NCBI GenBank assembly: GCA_963663965.2
Contig: CAXXFK010000011.1
Span: 1 to 64,000 of the forward strand
Source of the DNA: Sedimentisphaerales bacterium
GTDB taxonomy: Bacteria > Planctomycetota > Phycisphaerae > Sedimentisphaerales > SM23-30
Direction of reading: 5' to 3'
Length of the DNA stretch: 64,000 nt
Shown here: positions 50,982 to 59,970 of the stretch, piece by piece
How the letters are laid out: the number at the start of each line of letters is the position of its first letter
Position numbering within the stretch: the stretch's first letter is position 1
Translations under genes and position numbers: made by a program
The notes under the pieces: model-generated
The model's input: only the letters and a program-made list of their open reading frames with translations
What the model was told of the DNA's origin: nothing
Database searches by the model: none

Positions 50982-52322
50982 ATGGCGAATACCAGAAACA
51001 TGAACCGACGTAATTTTATCCAAACCGCGGCCGCCGGAGTGGCCCTGACCCATATCGCCGGCCAGATCGCCACCAGTAAAGGGGCGACCTCCCCCCATAA
51101 AAAAGTCAATATCGCCGGCATCGGAATCGGCGGCATGGGATTTGCCAATCTCCAGAACCTCGAAAGTCAGAATATTGTCGCCCTGTGCGATGTGGATCAC
51201 ACCTATGCCGCCAAAGCCTTTAATCGCTACCCGCAAGCCAGACAATATCAGGACTACCGCCAGATGCTGGAAAAGCAAAAGGATATCGAAGCGGTCCTGA
51301 TCGCTACCCCGGATCATACCCATGCCCAGATCACCATCGATTGCATGAAAGCCGGTAAACATGTCTATTGCCAGAAACCGCTGACCCATACCGTCAAGGA
51401 AGCCCGCGCAGTGGCCCGGGTCGCCCGCGAAACCGGCGTGGTCACCCAGATGGGTATCCAGGGCCACTCTGCCGAAGGCATCCATCTGATTTGCGAGTGG
51501 ATCTGGGATGGGGCCATCGGCAAGATCGAACAGGTGGACGCCTGGTGTTCCCTGGCCTATTACCCGCCCGGCCAGGCCTACTGGTGCACTACCCACTATG
51601 ATATCCCCACCGAAAAACCGCCCGTCCCCGCAGGCCTGGACTGGAACCTCTGGCTGGGCCCGGCCCCGTGGCGCGATTACCACCCCACCTATCATCCCGG
51701 CCGCTGGCGGGCCTGGTACGATTTCGGCTGCGGCATGATGGGCGACCGGGGTGTCCATACCCTCGATTCCGTCTTCATGGCCCTGAAACTCCAACAACCC
51801 GAAGTCATCAGCGCCACCGTCTCCAATTTAAACAACCAGACCCATCCCATCACCTCGATTGTCAACTACCACTTTGCCGCCCGCGAAAATATGCCCCCGG
51901 TCAAACTCACCTGGTACGAAGGCATCGAAGTCCCGCGTCCGGAAGAACTCGAAGATGGCCGCAGGCTCCCGGCCGAGGGCGGTATTATCTTCAAAGGCGA
52001 AAAAGGAGCCATCATGTGCGGCGTTTACGGCGACAACCCCCAGATCATTCCCTTGCAAAAAATGCGGGATTATCAACGCCCTCCCAAAACGCTCCCCCGC
52101 ATCGAGGGCTCTCACGAAATGGAATGGATCAACGCCATTAAAGAAGGCCGCCGGGCCAACGCGGATTTCGCCTATTCCGCCCAATTAACCGAATTCGTCC
52201 TGCTAGGCAACCTTGCCAAACGAACCCAGTCAAAGCTCTACTACGACGCCCAACAATGCAAAATCACCAATAACGACCAGGCCAACGCCCTCCTGGAAAC
52301 AGAATATCGTACCGGCTGGTAA
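50982..52322 (+). CDS. Tat-exported Gfo/Idh/MocA oxidoreductase
   Basis: NRRNFI, GIGIGGMG, TPDHTH, VYCQKPL, WLGPAP, GDRGVH. Confidence 0.92.
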   Translation: MANTRNMNRRNFIQTAAAGVALTHIAGQIATSKGATSPHKKVNIAGIGIGGMGFANLQNLESQNIVALCDVDHTYAAKAFNRYPQARQYQDYRQMLEKQKDIEAVLIATPDHTHAQITIDCMKAGKHVYCQKPLTHTVKEARAVARVARETGVVTQMGIQGHSAEGIHLICEWIWDGAIGKIEQVDAWCSLAYYPPGQAYWCTTHYDIPTEKPPVPAGLDWNLWLGPAPWRDYHPTYHPGRWRAWYDFGCGMMGDRGVHTLDSVFMALKLQQPEVISATVSNLNNQTHPITSIVNYHFAARENMPPVKLTWYEGIEVPRPEELEDGRRLPAEGGIIFKGEKGAIMCGVYGDNPQIIPLQKMRDYQRPPKTLPRIEGSHEMEWINAIKEGRRANADFAYSAQLTEFVLLGNLAKRTQSKLYYDAQQCKITNNDQANALLETEYRTGW

Positions 52323-52351
52323 AAAACTTCAGTCCCGAAATAAACTTTTCC

Positions 52352-54184
52352 TCAAACAAGACCAGACACTTTTTTCAGCGCCGACAATGCATAAATAACC
52401 GGATACAGCGTTTCATAATACCATAGCCGGGCAAAATACAAACCAATGGGAGCCGCCGCGAACGACTCACGCGTATGTTCCATCATCCAGTTTGTCCCCC
52501 TGGCGATAGCGCCCTGAATTTCCCCAATAGCCATTGTACATTCACTGCCACCCTGGCCACACCAGACCGGCAGCCCCACAATACTGGCCAGCGCGTCAAT
52601 TGCCAGCGCGGTCTCTTCAATCGACACTGGCGTTGACCGGCCCGCCCCCCATCCGCCGCTGGCATCCTGTGCATCCAGCAGCCATCGAACCGCGCGTACC
52701 ACCATCTCATCCGGCGCCTCATATTCCGTATCTGTGATATGAGACAAAGCCAGCAACACCTTGGCCGTCCCATAGAGCGGGTTTTGCTGGTGCGCCTCAA
52801 ACTGATTCCCAAACCATAACGGAACCCACGCGCCATCCGCCCGCTGCGTCCGCCCCAGGTACCCCAGCGCCTTCCGGATAGCCCCCTTGATCCTTTGACA
52901 CATATCATCCCCCAGCTCATCCCTCCACAAATGCCAGGCAATCATCGCATGCGCGGTAAGATCCGCGGCGCTGCGATCAAAAGGCAGTTTATTCCACCCC
53001 TTGCAAAAAGTCGGTATCCCCCCATCATTATTCTGAATATCCAGCAGCCATTGCACCGCCATTTGAGCCGCTTCTTTAGCCCGGTTTTCCCGCCGATCCA
53101 GGTGATAAAGCGCGATCAGCGCCCCGGCCGTATCATCCGCGTCAGGCACCGCTCCCGTCGCCGGATTCCACGCCCAGCCCCCCGGCGCGGCATTGGTATA
53201 CGGGTGTATGGTACGATGATGCTGATCCAGCAGCCAGGCTTGCAGCCCGACGCGGTCCGCTTCGGACAACACCCCCTGACTCTCGCCACCCACCGCCAGC
53301 ACATTGATCGCCAGCGTGGTGACCCACGTGGCCAGATTGGTGTCAATCGGCCAGCTGCCATCCTCCCGCGCCGAATCCAGCAGAAAACGAACCCCTTTGC
53401 CCACCACCACACTGTCTCCGTTCCCCGCCGCCACCAGGCTCATCATCACAAAACTGGTCAGCGGAATCGCTTCCAGATACCCGCCGCTGTCCGGCTGGAT
53501 CCTGACCAGTTTGCGGCTGGTCCTGTTTCGCGTGATCTGCCGCAACAACCGGGTAACCGGGTTGACAGGTTTCGCACAATGAAAATGATATTGGCCAATG
53601 GCAATCAAAACCGGCAATGCATAGCTGACAATGGGCAATCGCAAAAATTTATAAAACGCGTGCGGCAACACCGCCAGTTCAAAAGGCAACGGTTGGCGCT
53701 GTTTCCGGCCGATCTGTATCCTTCCGGCCAGTTCACCCATCATCAGGATCGGCGTCGAAAAGGTCCGGTCATTGCCATACCGACCGTTAATCGTCTTTAT
53801 TAATTGCTCCGAATCCAGGCTGCCGGCCTGATCCGTCAGCCATTTTTCCGAATTCCTCACAATGGCCTCATACTCAGGACCATCTCCCGCCAATGTCAAT
53901 GCGGACCAGCACAGCATGGTCGTACTGATATTACTCTCACTCAACGGCGTATCGCCCCAGCCGCCATCCCCATTCACCGTCTCCGCCAGCCATTTCAGCC
54001 CGCCCTCAATCTGCAATTCATACCGGGTTCGGTCAACCATCGACAACGCGAATACCGCCGTTGCCGTCGCCAGCGCGCTGCTCGACAAATACCCCTCCCA
54101 ATACCCCTCATCCGTCCTGGCATCCAGCAGAATCCCTTGCAACCGTTCAATACTTTTTTTAAGTGCAGTTTGATCGAGTTCCAT
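52352..54184 (-). CDS. Squalene-hopene-cyclase-like class II terpene cyclase
   Basis: GYWEG N-terminus, QW-like repeats (DGGWG, EDGSW, QNNDGG, QRADGAW, QDASGGWG), catalytic-type PDADDTA (DxDD); real start MELDQ at 54184. Confidence 0.88.
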   Translation of the reverse strand: MELDQTALKKSIERLQGILLDARTDEGYWEGYLSSSALATATAVFALSMVDRTRYELQIEGGLKWLAETVNGDGGWGDTPLSESNISTTMLCWSALTLAGDGPEYEAIVRNSEKWLTDQAGSLDSEQLIKTINGRYGNDRTFSTPILMMGELAGRIQIGRKQRQPLPFELAVLPHAFYKFLRLPIVSYALPVLIAIGQYHFHCAKPVNPVTRLLRQITRNRTSRKLVRIQPDSGGYLEAIPLTSFVMMSLVAAGNGDSVVVGKGVRFLLDSAREDGSWPIDTNLATWVTTLAINVLAVGGESQGVLSEADRVGLQAWLLDQHHRTIHPYTNAAPGGWAWNPATGAVPDADDTAGALIALYHLDRRENRAKEAAQMAVQWLLDIQNNDGGIPTFCKGWNKLPFDRSAADLTAHAMIAWHLWRDELGDDMCQRIKGAIRKALGYLGRTQRADGAWVPLWFGNQFEAHQQNPLYGTAKVLLALSHITDTEYEAPDEMVVRAVRWLLDAQDASGGWGAGRSTPVSIEETALAIDALASIVGLPVWCGQGGSECTMAIGEIQGAIARGTNWMMEHTRESFAAAPIGLYFARLWYYETLYPVIYALSALKKVSGLV

Positions 54185-54188
54185 AGCG

Positions 54189-55070
54189 CTAACCCAGATG
54201 CCCCAGGGCCAGCAGCCCATAATAGGTGTATTCGCAATCCGCCATCGCGTCCAGGCAATGGCCGCGAAATCCCCCCGTTTCGCTGCGCAACGAGTTGACA
54301 AAACGCCGGCAGGCCCCCTTAACCGATTCGATGGGATACCCACCCACCGACAAGGCATGCAGCGAAGTTGCCGTTGTTAGTAAATCGGGAAACGGCGCCA
54401 GCGGCATGGCCACAAACCCACCCACCTCGCGATATTGCGTAAACAGCCAGTCCAGGTTTTTTTGATCTGCCGGATGCCCCAGGTGGTTCAAGGCAACCAT
54501 CGCCGCTGCCGTGGCGTTGCTGGATGCTACATCGATATTACGGTTATTGGTAAATCCCCCCCCCGGAATGGCCAGACTCTCCAGACACCGCAACACCTCA
54601 TCACTTCCCGGCAACTCGGTTTGCAAATCCTGGTACGCGGCCACACCCAGGAAACAGCCATAAGCGGTGCCATTCTCCTCATGAACTCCATTGGCAAACC
54701 CGCCATCCTGACTGCGAAACGGCTCCATTGCGCCAATGAGTTTCTGCCGCACGCTCGTTTCGATCTGACCCTCCATCAGAGTGGCGTAGCATCGTATCCC
54801 GGCCGTCAGATGCACCAGATCACCCGGACTTTTTTCCATAACTCCATTCACAAATCCAAGAATTGCCTCCCTGGAAAAATCACCGCCCAGTGCGATCAGC
54901 GTTTCCAGACCAAACACCGTATAATAAATATCGCTCTTACCATCGCGCCCTTTAAAACCGCCATCGGTATCGATACTCCCCGCCATAAAACGGACAACGC
55001 CCGGCGCTACCTCCGGCGCCACCGCGCTAGCGTGTTGGATGGCTCTCATCAATTCCGTTCTTATAGTCAT
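54189..55070 (-). CDS. Prenyltransferase/squalene oxidase repeat (PTase beta-like) protein
   Basis: Repeated GGF motifs: DGGFKGR..SDIYYT, DGGFA, PDLLTT, GGFRG...ADCEYTYY; start likely MTIRTE at 55070. Confidence 0.85.
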   Translation of the reverse strand: MTIRTELMRAIQHASAVAPEVAPGVVRFMAGSIDTDGGFKGRDGKSDIYYTVFGLETLIALGGDFSREAILGFVNGVMEKSPGDLVHLTAGIRCYATLMEGQIETSVRQKLIGAMEPFRSQDGGFANGVHEENGTAYGCFLGVAAYQDLQTELPGSDEVLRCLESLAIPGGGFTNNRNIDVASSNATAAAMVALNHLGHPADQKNLDWLFTQYREVGGFVAMPLAPFPDLLTTATSLHALSVGGYPIESVKGACRRFVNSLRSETGGFRGHCLDAMADCEYTYYGLLALGHLG

Positions 55071-56718
55071 CACAACACTCCATGATATCGATCTCATAAA
55101 ACAGTTTGCTCACAATCCGGCGGAGCAGGCTTTTCAGCGGCATATTGTCCAAAAGCTCAATCGCGGAGATCGCCTGTTGTTTATAGCTTTCCAGCAACTG
55201 TAACGCGATGGTTCTGGCTCTCAACCGGGCCCCCATGCCGACGATGGCCTCTTGCTTGCCATCATCCCGGCCGGTATCGCCCCAGAGTGACTGAAGCAAT
55301 TGCTTATCCTCATCCCCGGCCCGATCCCACAGAATCGCCAGAAAAATCGACGGTTGCTCAACAATGCCATGATAAAAATCGGCCTGGGTACAGAAATCGT
55401 TAATGTCATCTTTGATCTGATACGCAATTCCAATCGCGTCGGAATAGGCCTCCAGAATACCGTTGAGCTCCGGATTAAACTCCACCGACAACGCTCCCAG
55501 CTTTAACGCCACCTCAAATGCGGTCGCTGTCTTTTTCTGAAAAATCGCCAGCACCTCGGCCATCGTCAGCGGACCGGGCCGCCTCATCCACTCCAGTTCC
55601 AGCCCCTGCCCCAGACACAACTCCAAATGCCCCTCCGACACCACTTTCAGAATTTCCGCTTTACGATCTTGCGGCAATTCCAGTTCGCCCAGCAAGCGAT
55701 AGCCCAGCCCAATCAGGAAATCGCCAAGATTTAACGCAATGGGTATCCCGAACTCGGCATGCACCGTCTGCTTATCATAGCGTAACAGATCCCCATCTTC
55801 GATATCATCATGCACTAATGAAGCCTTATGAAAGCATTCGACGGCCACCGCCAGCTTTTTCAAATCACCGCTCAATTCGAGATCCGTTTCCTGCGCGACC
55901 GCTTTATGGGTATAAACCGTCAACAATGGCCGCCACCGCTTCCCCTCCCCGCCCAGACTCCGCAGCGCCAGCGTTTCGGTAAAACTATCACCCAATCCCA
56001 GCACCGTCTTCAACGACTCCGGTTCGAACAGCTGATTCACCCGGTCGCGAACCTCCTGCAGGTCAATCCGGCCATGCGCGTCGAAGCTCCGTTCATAAAT
56101 AACATCCAGCACCCAATCCGCATCCACCCTGGTATCGACACAGCCATCAAACAACAAGGGTATCGCCACCCCCGGAATGGCCCCCGCTTCAATATACGGA
56201 AAGGTCTTTTCCAGCACATCCAGACAACTGACCCCGATCACCGCCTCAATCTTCCCGGTCTGGATCAGCGACATGACAATCGGCGAACCCTCCGCCACCA
56301 GCACCATCATCCCCAGGCTTTCGGCCTGTTCCTTGATACTGCCAATCACACAACGCCCGCAAGCCCGACACGCCAGACCGAGATCATCAAATTCCGCCGG
56401 ACAATGTTCACTGTCTCGCAGGCAGTTGGGCAACAACAGCAACCGCTTCTCATGCGGGGTCGCCGCCATGGTCTTCAGCCACAACTGGTTATTGATCAGC
56501 ACCACCAGAAAGTCAAGCGTCTCCCTGCCAATCCCATTCTCACGGATAATCGCCTCCCCATGCGCCTGCAACTGCTCCAGAGACAGCGGGCCGCAAAGCG
56601 CCTTGTCCTGAACATAACTCCTGACCCAACGGACCAATTGATCCCGAGTCTCTTTATCCTGGGGGACAACTCTTTGTTCTGTTTTCTGATCCTTGTTTTT
56701 TATACTTTTATTAGACAT
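55027..56718 (-). CDS. DUF116 (Cys-rich) - trans-polyprenyl diphosphate synthase fusion
   Basis: N-terminal LLLLPNCLR..C..C..CGRC..VAEG..GVSC..GC; C-terminal GKRWRP, FARM HDDIED, GD, GQ, KT, SARM QIKDDIND. Confidence 0.9.
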   Translation of the reverse strand: MSNKSIKNKDQKTEQRVVPQDKETRDQLVRWVRSYVQDKALCGPLSLEQLQAHGEAIIRENGIGRETLDFLVVLINNQLWLKTMAATPHEKRLLLLPNCLRDSEHCPAEFDDLGLACRACGRCVIGSIKEQAESLGMMVLVAEGSPIVMSLIQTGKIEAVIGVSCLDVLEKTFPYIEAGAIPGVAIPLLFDGCVDTRVDADWVLDVIYERSFDAHGRIDLQEVRDRVNQLFEPESLKTVLGLGDSFTETLALRSLGGEGKRWRPLLTVYTHKAVAQETDLELSGDLKKLAVAVECFHKASLVHDDIEDGDLLRYDKQTVHAEFGIPIALNLGDFLIGLGYRLLGELELPQDRKAEILKVVSEGHLELCLGQGLELEWMRRPGPLTMAEVLAIFQKKTATAFEVALKLGALSVEFNPELNGILEAYSDAIGIAYQIKDDINDFCTQADFYHGIVEQPSIFLAILWDRAGDEDKQLLQSLWGDTGRDDGKQEAIVGMGARLRARTIALQLLESYKQQAISAIELLDNMPLKSLLRRIVSKLFYEIDIMECCDDYKNGIDESHPTR

Positions 56719-58258
56719 GGGGCTGTTTTCCCGCTCTGGTCCTGTTTCTGATCTGTTTGTCCAGCTTGTTAAACATGCTTCTCCACGTAAAGATTTCGGT
56801 CTTACCCAACATCCGGATGGCCGCCCGTTTCAACCAGGATACCCCGCCGGCCCGCTGATTATCCCAGAACAGCTTGGGAACCATCTTAAAATTAATTTCA
56901 TAACAGGTACGATACAACTCCAGATGATTGCTTTGCATATCCTCGATGCCAAACGGTTTTTCATCCGCAGAAAGCGGCTCATAAAACACCGGAAAGATCA
57001 CGGCATTTTGCGATCCGAGATATTGGACCAGCTTCAGCGTCCTTTCGATATCATCGGGTGTTTCGTTGGGCATCCCGAGCACCAGGCTGAACACCGAAAA
57101 GAATCCCGTTCGTTTCATACGTTCCGCCGCCTGACGCACAATATCCTCCCAGTCATCCGGGTCATACGGAAAGACCTTACCGGGACATAGCCCCGCCACC
57201 AGCCGGCCATTCGCGCTCTCCACCCCCATATTCACCCAGAGATAATCCGCCCGCTTGTTCCAGGTCAGCAGTCGCCGAATCTCTTTCAGCTGTTCGTCCG
57301 TCAGTTGAACCACACTGGTAATATTCGCGTGATCGATCTGCATAAACGACAACCCCTTAACCTGCCGCATCTGCACCAGAAGATCGCGTAACGGCTCAAA
57401 TTCCGGCTTCAAGGTCCCGGCCCCATACCGGAAGAAATCTTCGCTGCCGCTCACCACCGAAGTCACCCCATTGGCAACATTGGTTTCCAGGTCCGCCAGA
57501 ATAATATCCTGCGACAGATGCTCCATCTTTTTCCCGGCCATCGTGCAAAACCGGCACCCGCGCCCACAACCGCGCGACAGTTCAATAATCCCCAGCAGCG
57601 AACCATGCCTCAGCGGACAGATTTTTTCCGCCGAGGTACTTTTCTCGCTTTGATGTCTGTCCACCAATTTCCCATTTAATATCTCCGTAAAAAGCGCCGG
57701 GCCGCTCTCCTCAAAATACCCCTCAAAAACCACATCGATACAATCCCGGGCCACCGGATCATCGTAACGCATAAATTGCCAGGCGCCCGCGCCCCCGGCC
57801 ACCACGCGAAAATGATACTTCTCCTTGGCCGCCAGAATCACCTCCAGGATCGATCTCGTCCAGTACCGGGTATACAGCTCACCGCTCCAGAATTTATCCG
57901 TCGTGGTATTGCTCATCCCCATTCCCAGCGGATCACTGGAACTGAACCCGACGATTTTCACCCAGGGCCCCAATAGCTCAGGCAGATAGTCCGGCGTGGT
58001 ACACACCACATCCTCTTTTTGCAGGCCGGTATAGTCGATCAGCGCGGATTCCACCCGCCGCAACCCCAGCGGCGCTGTTCTGGCCCGCCCATCACCATCC
58101 ACCGCCACCGGCGGCGCGACAAAATGCCTCATCACCATTTCAGGGACATGCGTCGTCTGCATCGTCGCGAAAATACCTTCGAACAGAATCTTATAATCCG
58201 CGCTTAGCGTCCGGTCTGCCACCAGCACCACAGCGGGTTTCAGCCGGGATTTACTCAC
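56711..58258 (-). CDS. Radical SAM protein with extended N-terminal (B12-binding-like) domain, Grs-like
   Basis: ELSRGCGRGCRFC; N-terminal VVLVADR, APLGLRRVESAL, DPLG, GGAGAWQ; GVES; 4-8 nt overlaps with both neighbours. Confidence 0.85.
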   Translation of the reverse strand: MSKSRLKPAVVLVADRTLSADYKILFEGIFATMQTTHVPEMVMRHFVAPPVAVDGDGRARTAPLGLRRVESALIDYTGLQKEDVVCTTPDYLPELLGPWVKIVGFSSSDPLGMGMSNTTTDKFWSGELYTRYWTRSILEVILAAKEKYHFRVVAGGAGAWQFMRYDDPVARDCIDVVFEGYFEESGPALFTEILNGKLVDRHQSEKSTSAEKICPLRHGSLLGIIELSRGCGRGCRFCTMAGKKMEHLSQDIILADLETNVANGVTSVVSGSEDFFRYGAGTLKPEFEPLRDLLVQMRQVKGLSFMQIDHANITSVVQLTDEQLKEIRRLLTWNKRADYLWVNMGVESANGRLVAGLCPGKVFPYDPDDWEDIVRQAAERMKRTGFFSVFSLVLGMPNETPDDIERTLKLVQYLGSQNAVIFPVFYEPLSADEKPFGIEDMQSNHLELYRTCYEINFKMVPKLFWDNQRAGGVSWLKRAAIRMLGKTEIFTWRSMFNKLDKQIRNRTRAGKQPHV

Positions 58259-59098
58259 TGGGTTTCTCCGATTTTTTGCGTAACTCCATTATTTCACCAG
58301 GATTAAGAGAGGCCAGTACCTCCGGCGGTATCCTGAGTTCTTCCTGGAGTTTTTTCATATCCATCACCGGCGAGCCGGCCGGCCCTCCGGTTGCCTGTTT
58401 CGCATCTTGCGTCCGCCGGATCAGCGCCTCATACGCCGCATTGCCCTGGAGCGTCTGCGGACTCCCACCAGCCTGATCCTGCCCACCCTGGCTGTCAGCA
58501 ATTTCCTCACCACAGATCGCCCCCTCGGAATATTTTGGAAACACAATCGCCTGCTTAGGACAAATCCTCGCGCAGGCCGGGCAATTGGTCTTACAGTGCG
58601 AAGGATTGGCCACCTGGACCTGCTTATCTGCCGTCAGCTCATACACCTGGAACAGGCAGAAATTCATGCATTGCTTACATTGAATACACCTGCCAGTATC
58701 AATCACCGGAAACCACGGCACCCACTCACTCCCCGCTTGCGGCTCTGCGGCTTCATGGGTATCCTCCCCCGGCGCAATCCCCAAAGCCTCAAGGATCTCA
58801 ACAGCGCTCCCCGTACGCATATTGAAAAATTCAACCGATCCGTCTTCCAGCGTTACCCCACCCGCCTCAAACAGACTCCTCACCGCGCGCGGATAACAGG
58901 CCACCACTTTCAAATTCCCTTGCCCGGCCCATAATGCCAGCTTCCCGGATTTCTCCGCCGCCAGCTTACACAGGTCATCAACCACCTCAAATCGATAACC
59001 CGATTGATCCAAAGCCGCAAAAGCTGAGATTTCGTCTCTTGATCAATTATCTTCGAATAGGCGCAATAGCATAAAACAATCAAATCACTGTCGGCCAT
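58251..59098 (-). CDS. Fe-S protein: Cys-rich HdrA-like N-terminus plus 2x[4Fe-4S] ferredoxin; frameshift at 59019-59022
   Basis: CYC...DDLC...ACYPR...NMR, then CIQCKQCMNFC and CKTNCPACARICP. One added T joins ORF 59098 to ORF 59012 (KSQLFAALDQSG). Confidence 0.85.
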
Positions 59099-59687
59099 AA
59101 CTTTCAGGTCTCACTTTATAATCGAGATCAATAATCATTTCTCCAAGGCAAGATGCCACTACAAATAACCGGATTATCAGCCTATTTATTGTACCTGACT
59201 TCCCAGATTGCCTCAAGATTTTTCATTAAATCAACAACCAGCACCCGTTTACCATTCAACAAACACCCTCGCCGGCCCAATATGGCAAACCCAGGCCATC
59301 TTTTCGCCTTTTTCTCTTCTTTACCTTCTTATCTACTTTTCTACTCGTCTACTTGCCTTCTTACCATTTTTTACATTAGTAATGATTCGTAATTCTTCAT
59401 CCGAGTAATTCGTGCCCCCAATCCCCTCAAAATCCTCCTGCCTTTTCTCTGTGACCTCGGTGCCCTCGGTGGTACAAACCGGCTGTTATATTTTATACAT
59501 TAAATCCCTCTCCTCATGTACCACACACATCCAACCCCCACGCCGTCCGTGCCAGCCTGTGCAAGTTCGTGATCGTCCGCAAAAATCCAAATTTATTCAC
59601 TTCCCATAATTCCCATAACTCCCATTGAAGAGCATTCATATCCGCACATCATCTCAAAATAAAACCAATCACTCAAACCCAAATCCC

Positions 59688-59712
59688 GTAGAGACGCAAT
59701 GTCTTGCGTCTC
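59688..59712 (+). repeat. GTAG-family REP-like palindrome
   Basis: GTA-GAGACGCAA-tgtc-TTGCGTCTC, a perfect 9-bp stem. Confidence 0.7.
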
Positions 59713-59970
59713 ATAAACCTAAACCGGCAGCACAACTACCCTTCATTGCGATTTAATCCCATTTTACCCAGTTTCCCTCTTATTCCTATTCTTTATCTGC
59801 CTCCATCTGTCCCAGTGTACATCGGGATCTGCGGTTCAAAATATGTCTTTACAACATCCTGCGGTTTCAATTATTCCATCCCCGCCCTCATCCAGAGGAC
59901 CACCACCTGGCTCACCACCAACGACCCGGCTTATCCCTATTAACCCGGTATCCGCCGGCCCGATCAGCCG

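Noticed and set aside
52352..54184. Calling the cyclase shc and the operon a hopanoid cluster
   Set aside because: No hpn genes nearby and several Shc-typical segments differ (e.g. WVPLWFG, GLYFARLWY), so the substrate cannot be assigned
54185..54358. N-terminal extension of the cyclase ORF
   Set aside because: Overlaps the upstream gene; cyclase-like sequence starts at MELDQ (54184)
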